Shown here: positions 63,613 to 64,000 of the stretch, one piece after another | Position numbering within the stretch: position 1 is the first letter of the stretch | How the letters are laid out: each line of letters begins with the position of its first letter | Source: a bacterium | GTDB taxonomy: Bacteria; Vulcanimicrobiota; Xenobia; Xenobiales; Xenobiaceae | Assembly: GCA_022839105.1 (NCBI GenBank) | Contig: JALHDH010000003.1 | Coordinates: 66 to 64,065 of the forward strand | Reading direction: 5' to 3' | DNA: 64,000 bases | The notes under the pieces: generated by a model | What the model was told of the DNA's origin: nothing | The model's input: only the letters and a program-made list of their open reading frames with translations | The model's database searches: none | Made by a program: the position numbers and the translations under genes

Positions 63613-64000
63613 GCCTTCGGCAGGCCTTCCTCTCGGTTCGGGAGGCCCTCGACGACCTGGGGGTGACCTGGGCGCTCGTCGGCGGGCTCGCCGTAGGCGC
63701 CAGAACCGAGCCTCGCTTCACCCGTGATGTGGACCTGGCCGTGGCGGTTCCGGATGATCGGACTGCGGAGGCCCTCCTGCGAGACCTGATGGGGCGGGGA
63801 TACTTCGTGGTCGCGCTGGTGGAGCAGGACGCCGTGGGCAGGCTCGCGACGGCTCGACTGCAGGTCCCGGGGATGGAATACCTCGTCGATCTCATGTTTG
63901 CCTCCTGTGGAGTGGAAGGCGAGGTGGCTCGACGCGCGGAGCCCATCGAGGTCTTCTCTGGAGTGAGGGCTCCCGTTGCCAGGCTCGCTCACCTGGCGGC
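63609..64000 (+). CDS. Nucleotidyltransferase-fold protein (AbiEii-like), truncated by the window end
   Basis: My own translation from GTG 63609: MSLRQAFLSVREALDDLGVTWALVGGLAVGARTEPRFTRDVDLAV..., which contains a GG...R.T.DVD NTase-type motif. The frame is open to the window end. Confidence 0.55.
   Translation, partial: MSLRQAFLSVREALDDLGVTWALVGGLAVGARTEPRFTRDVDLAVAVPDDRTAEALLRDLMGRGYFVVALVEQDAVGRLATARLQVPGMEYLVDLMFASCGVEGEVARRAEPIEVFSGVRAPVARLAHLA

Noticed and set aside
1-64000. CRISPR arrays, tRNA/rRNA genes, IS elements, integrases, prophage or known defence-system genes.
   Set aside because: I looked through the intergenic gaps and the ORF translations and saw no repeat-spacer periodicity, no cloverleaf-like conserved tRNA boxes, no DDE/tyrosine-recombinase motifs and no recognisable defence ATPase or nuclease signatures. 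This cannot be excluded without proper scans (tRNAscan-SE, Infernal, PADLOC/DefenseFinder).

Overview
A very GC-rich bacterial chromosomal window with a strong G/C preference at third codon positions. This produces many long antisense shadow ORFs, so I called genes from protein motifs, signal peptides or TM segments, Shine-Dalgarno spacing and stop/start overlaps, not from ORF length. I support about 54 protein-coding genes and found no rRNA, tRNA, CRISPR array, transposase or integrase.

Recognisable content:
- Housekeeping and transport: argS, lpdA, mscL, rarD, glpT, an OPT oligopeptide transporter, two MFS exporters, an ABC-2 exporter pair, a peroxiredoxin, an FMN reductase, a pseudouridine synthase and a eukaryote-type glutathione synthetase.
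- c-di-GMP signalling: two HD-GYP proteins and two PilZ proteins.
- A three-gene sensor kinase / response regulator / hybrid kinase operon.
- An arsC-arsR / arsM divergon with a repeated operator-like element.
- A three-gene minor-pseudopilin operon, with a GspF/PilC-like gene on the opposite strand.
- Two GT-C-type membrane glycosyltransferases interleaved with Pro/Ser/Thr-rich membrane proteins.
- A 1336-aa FG-GAP surface protein.

The strongest candidate for an undescribed system is at 35107-41779 (minus strand). It holds three tandem, translationally coupled paralogues of a ~730-760 aa envelope protein (signal peptide, long beta-rich ectodomain, C-terminal multi-TM block, Pro/Arg tail) that I cannot assign to any characterised family.

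All family assignments come from motif recognition by eye. No database search was run.
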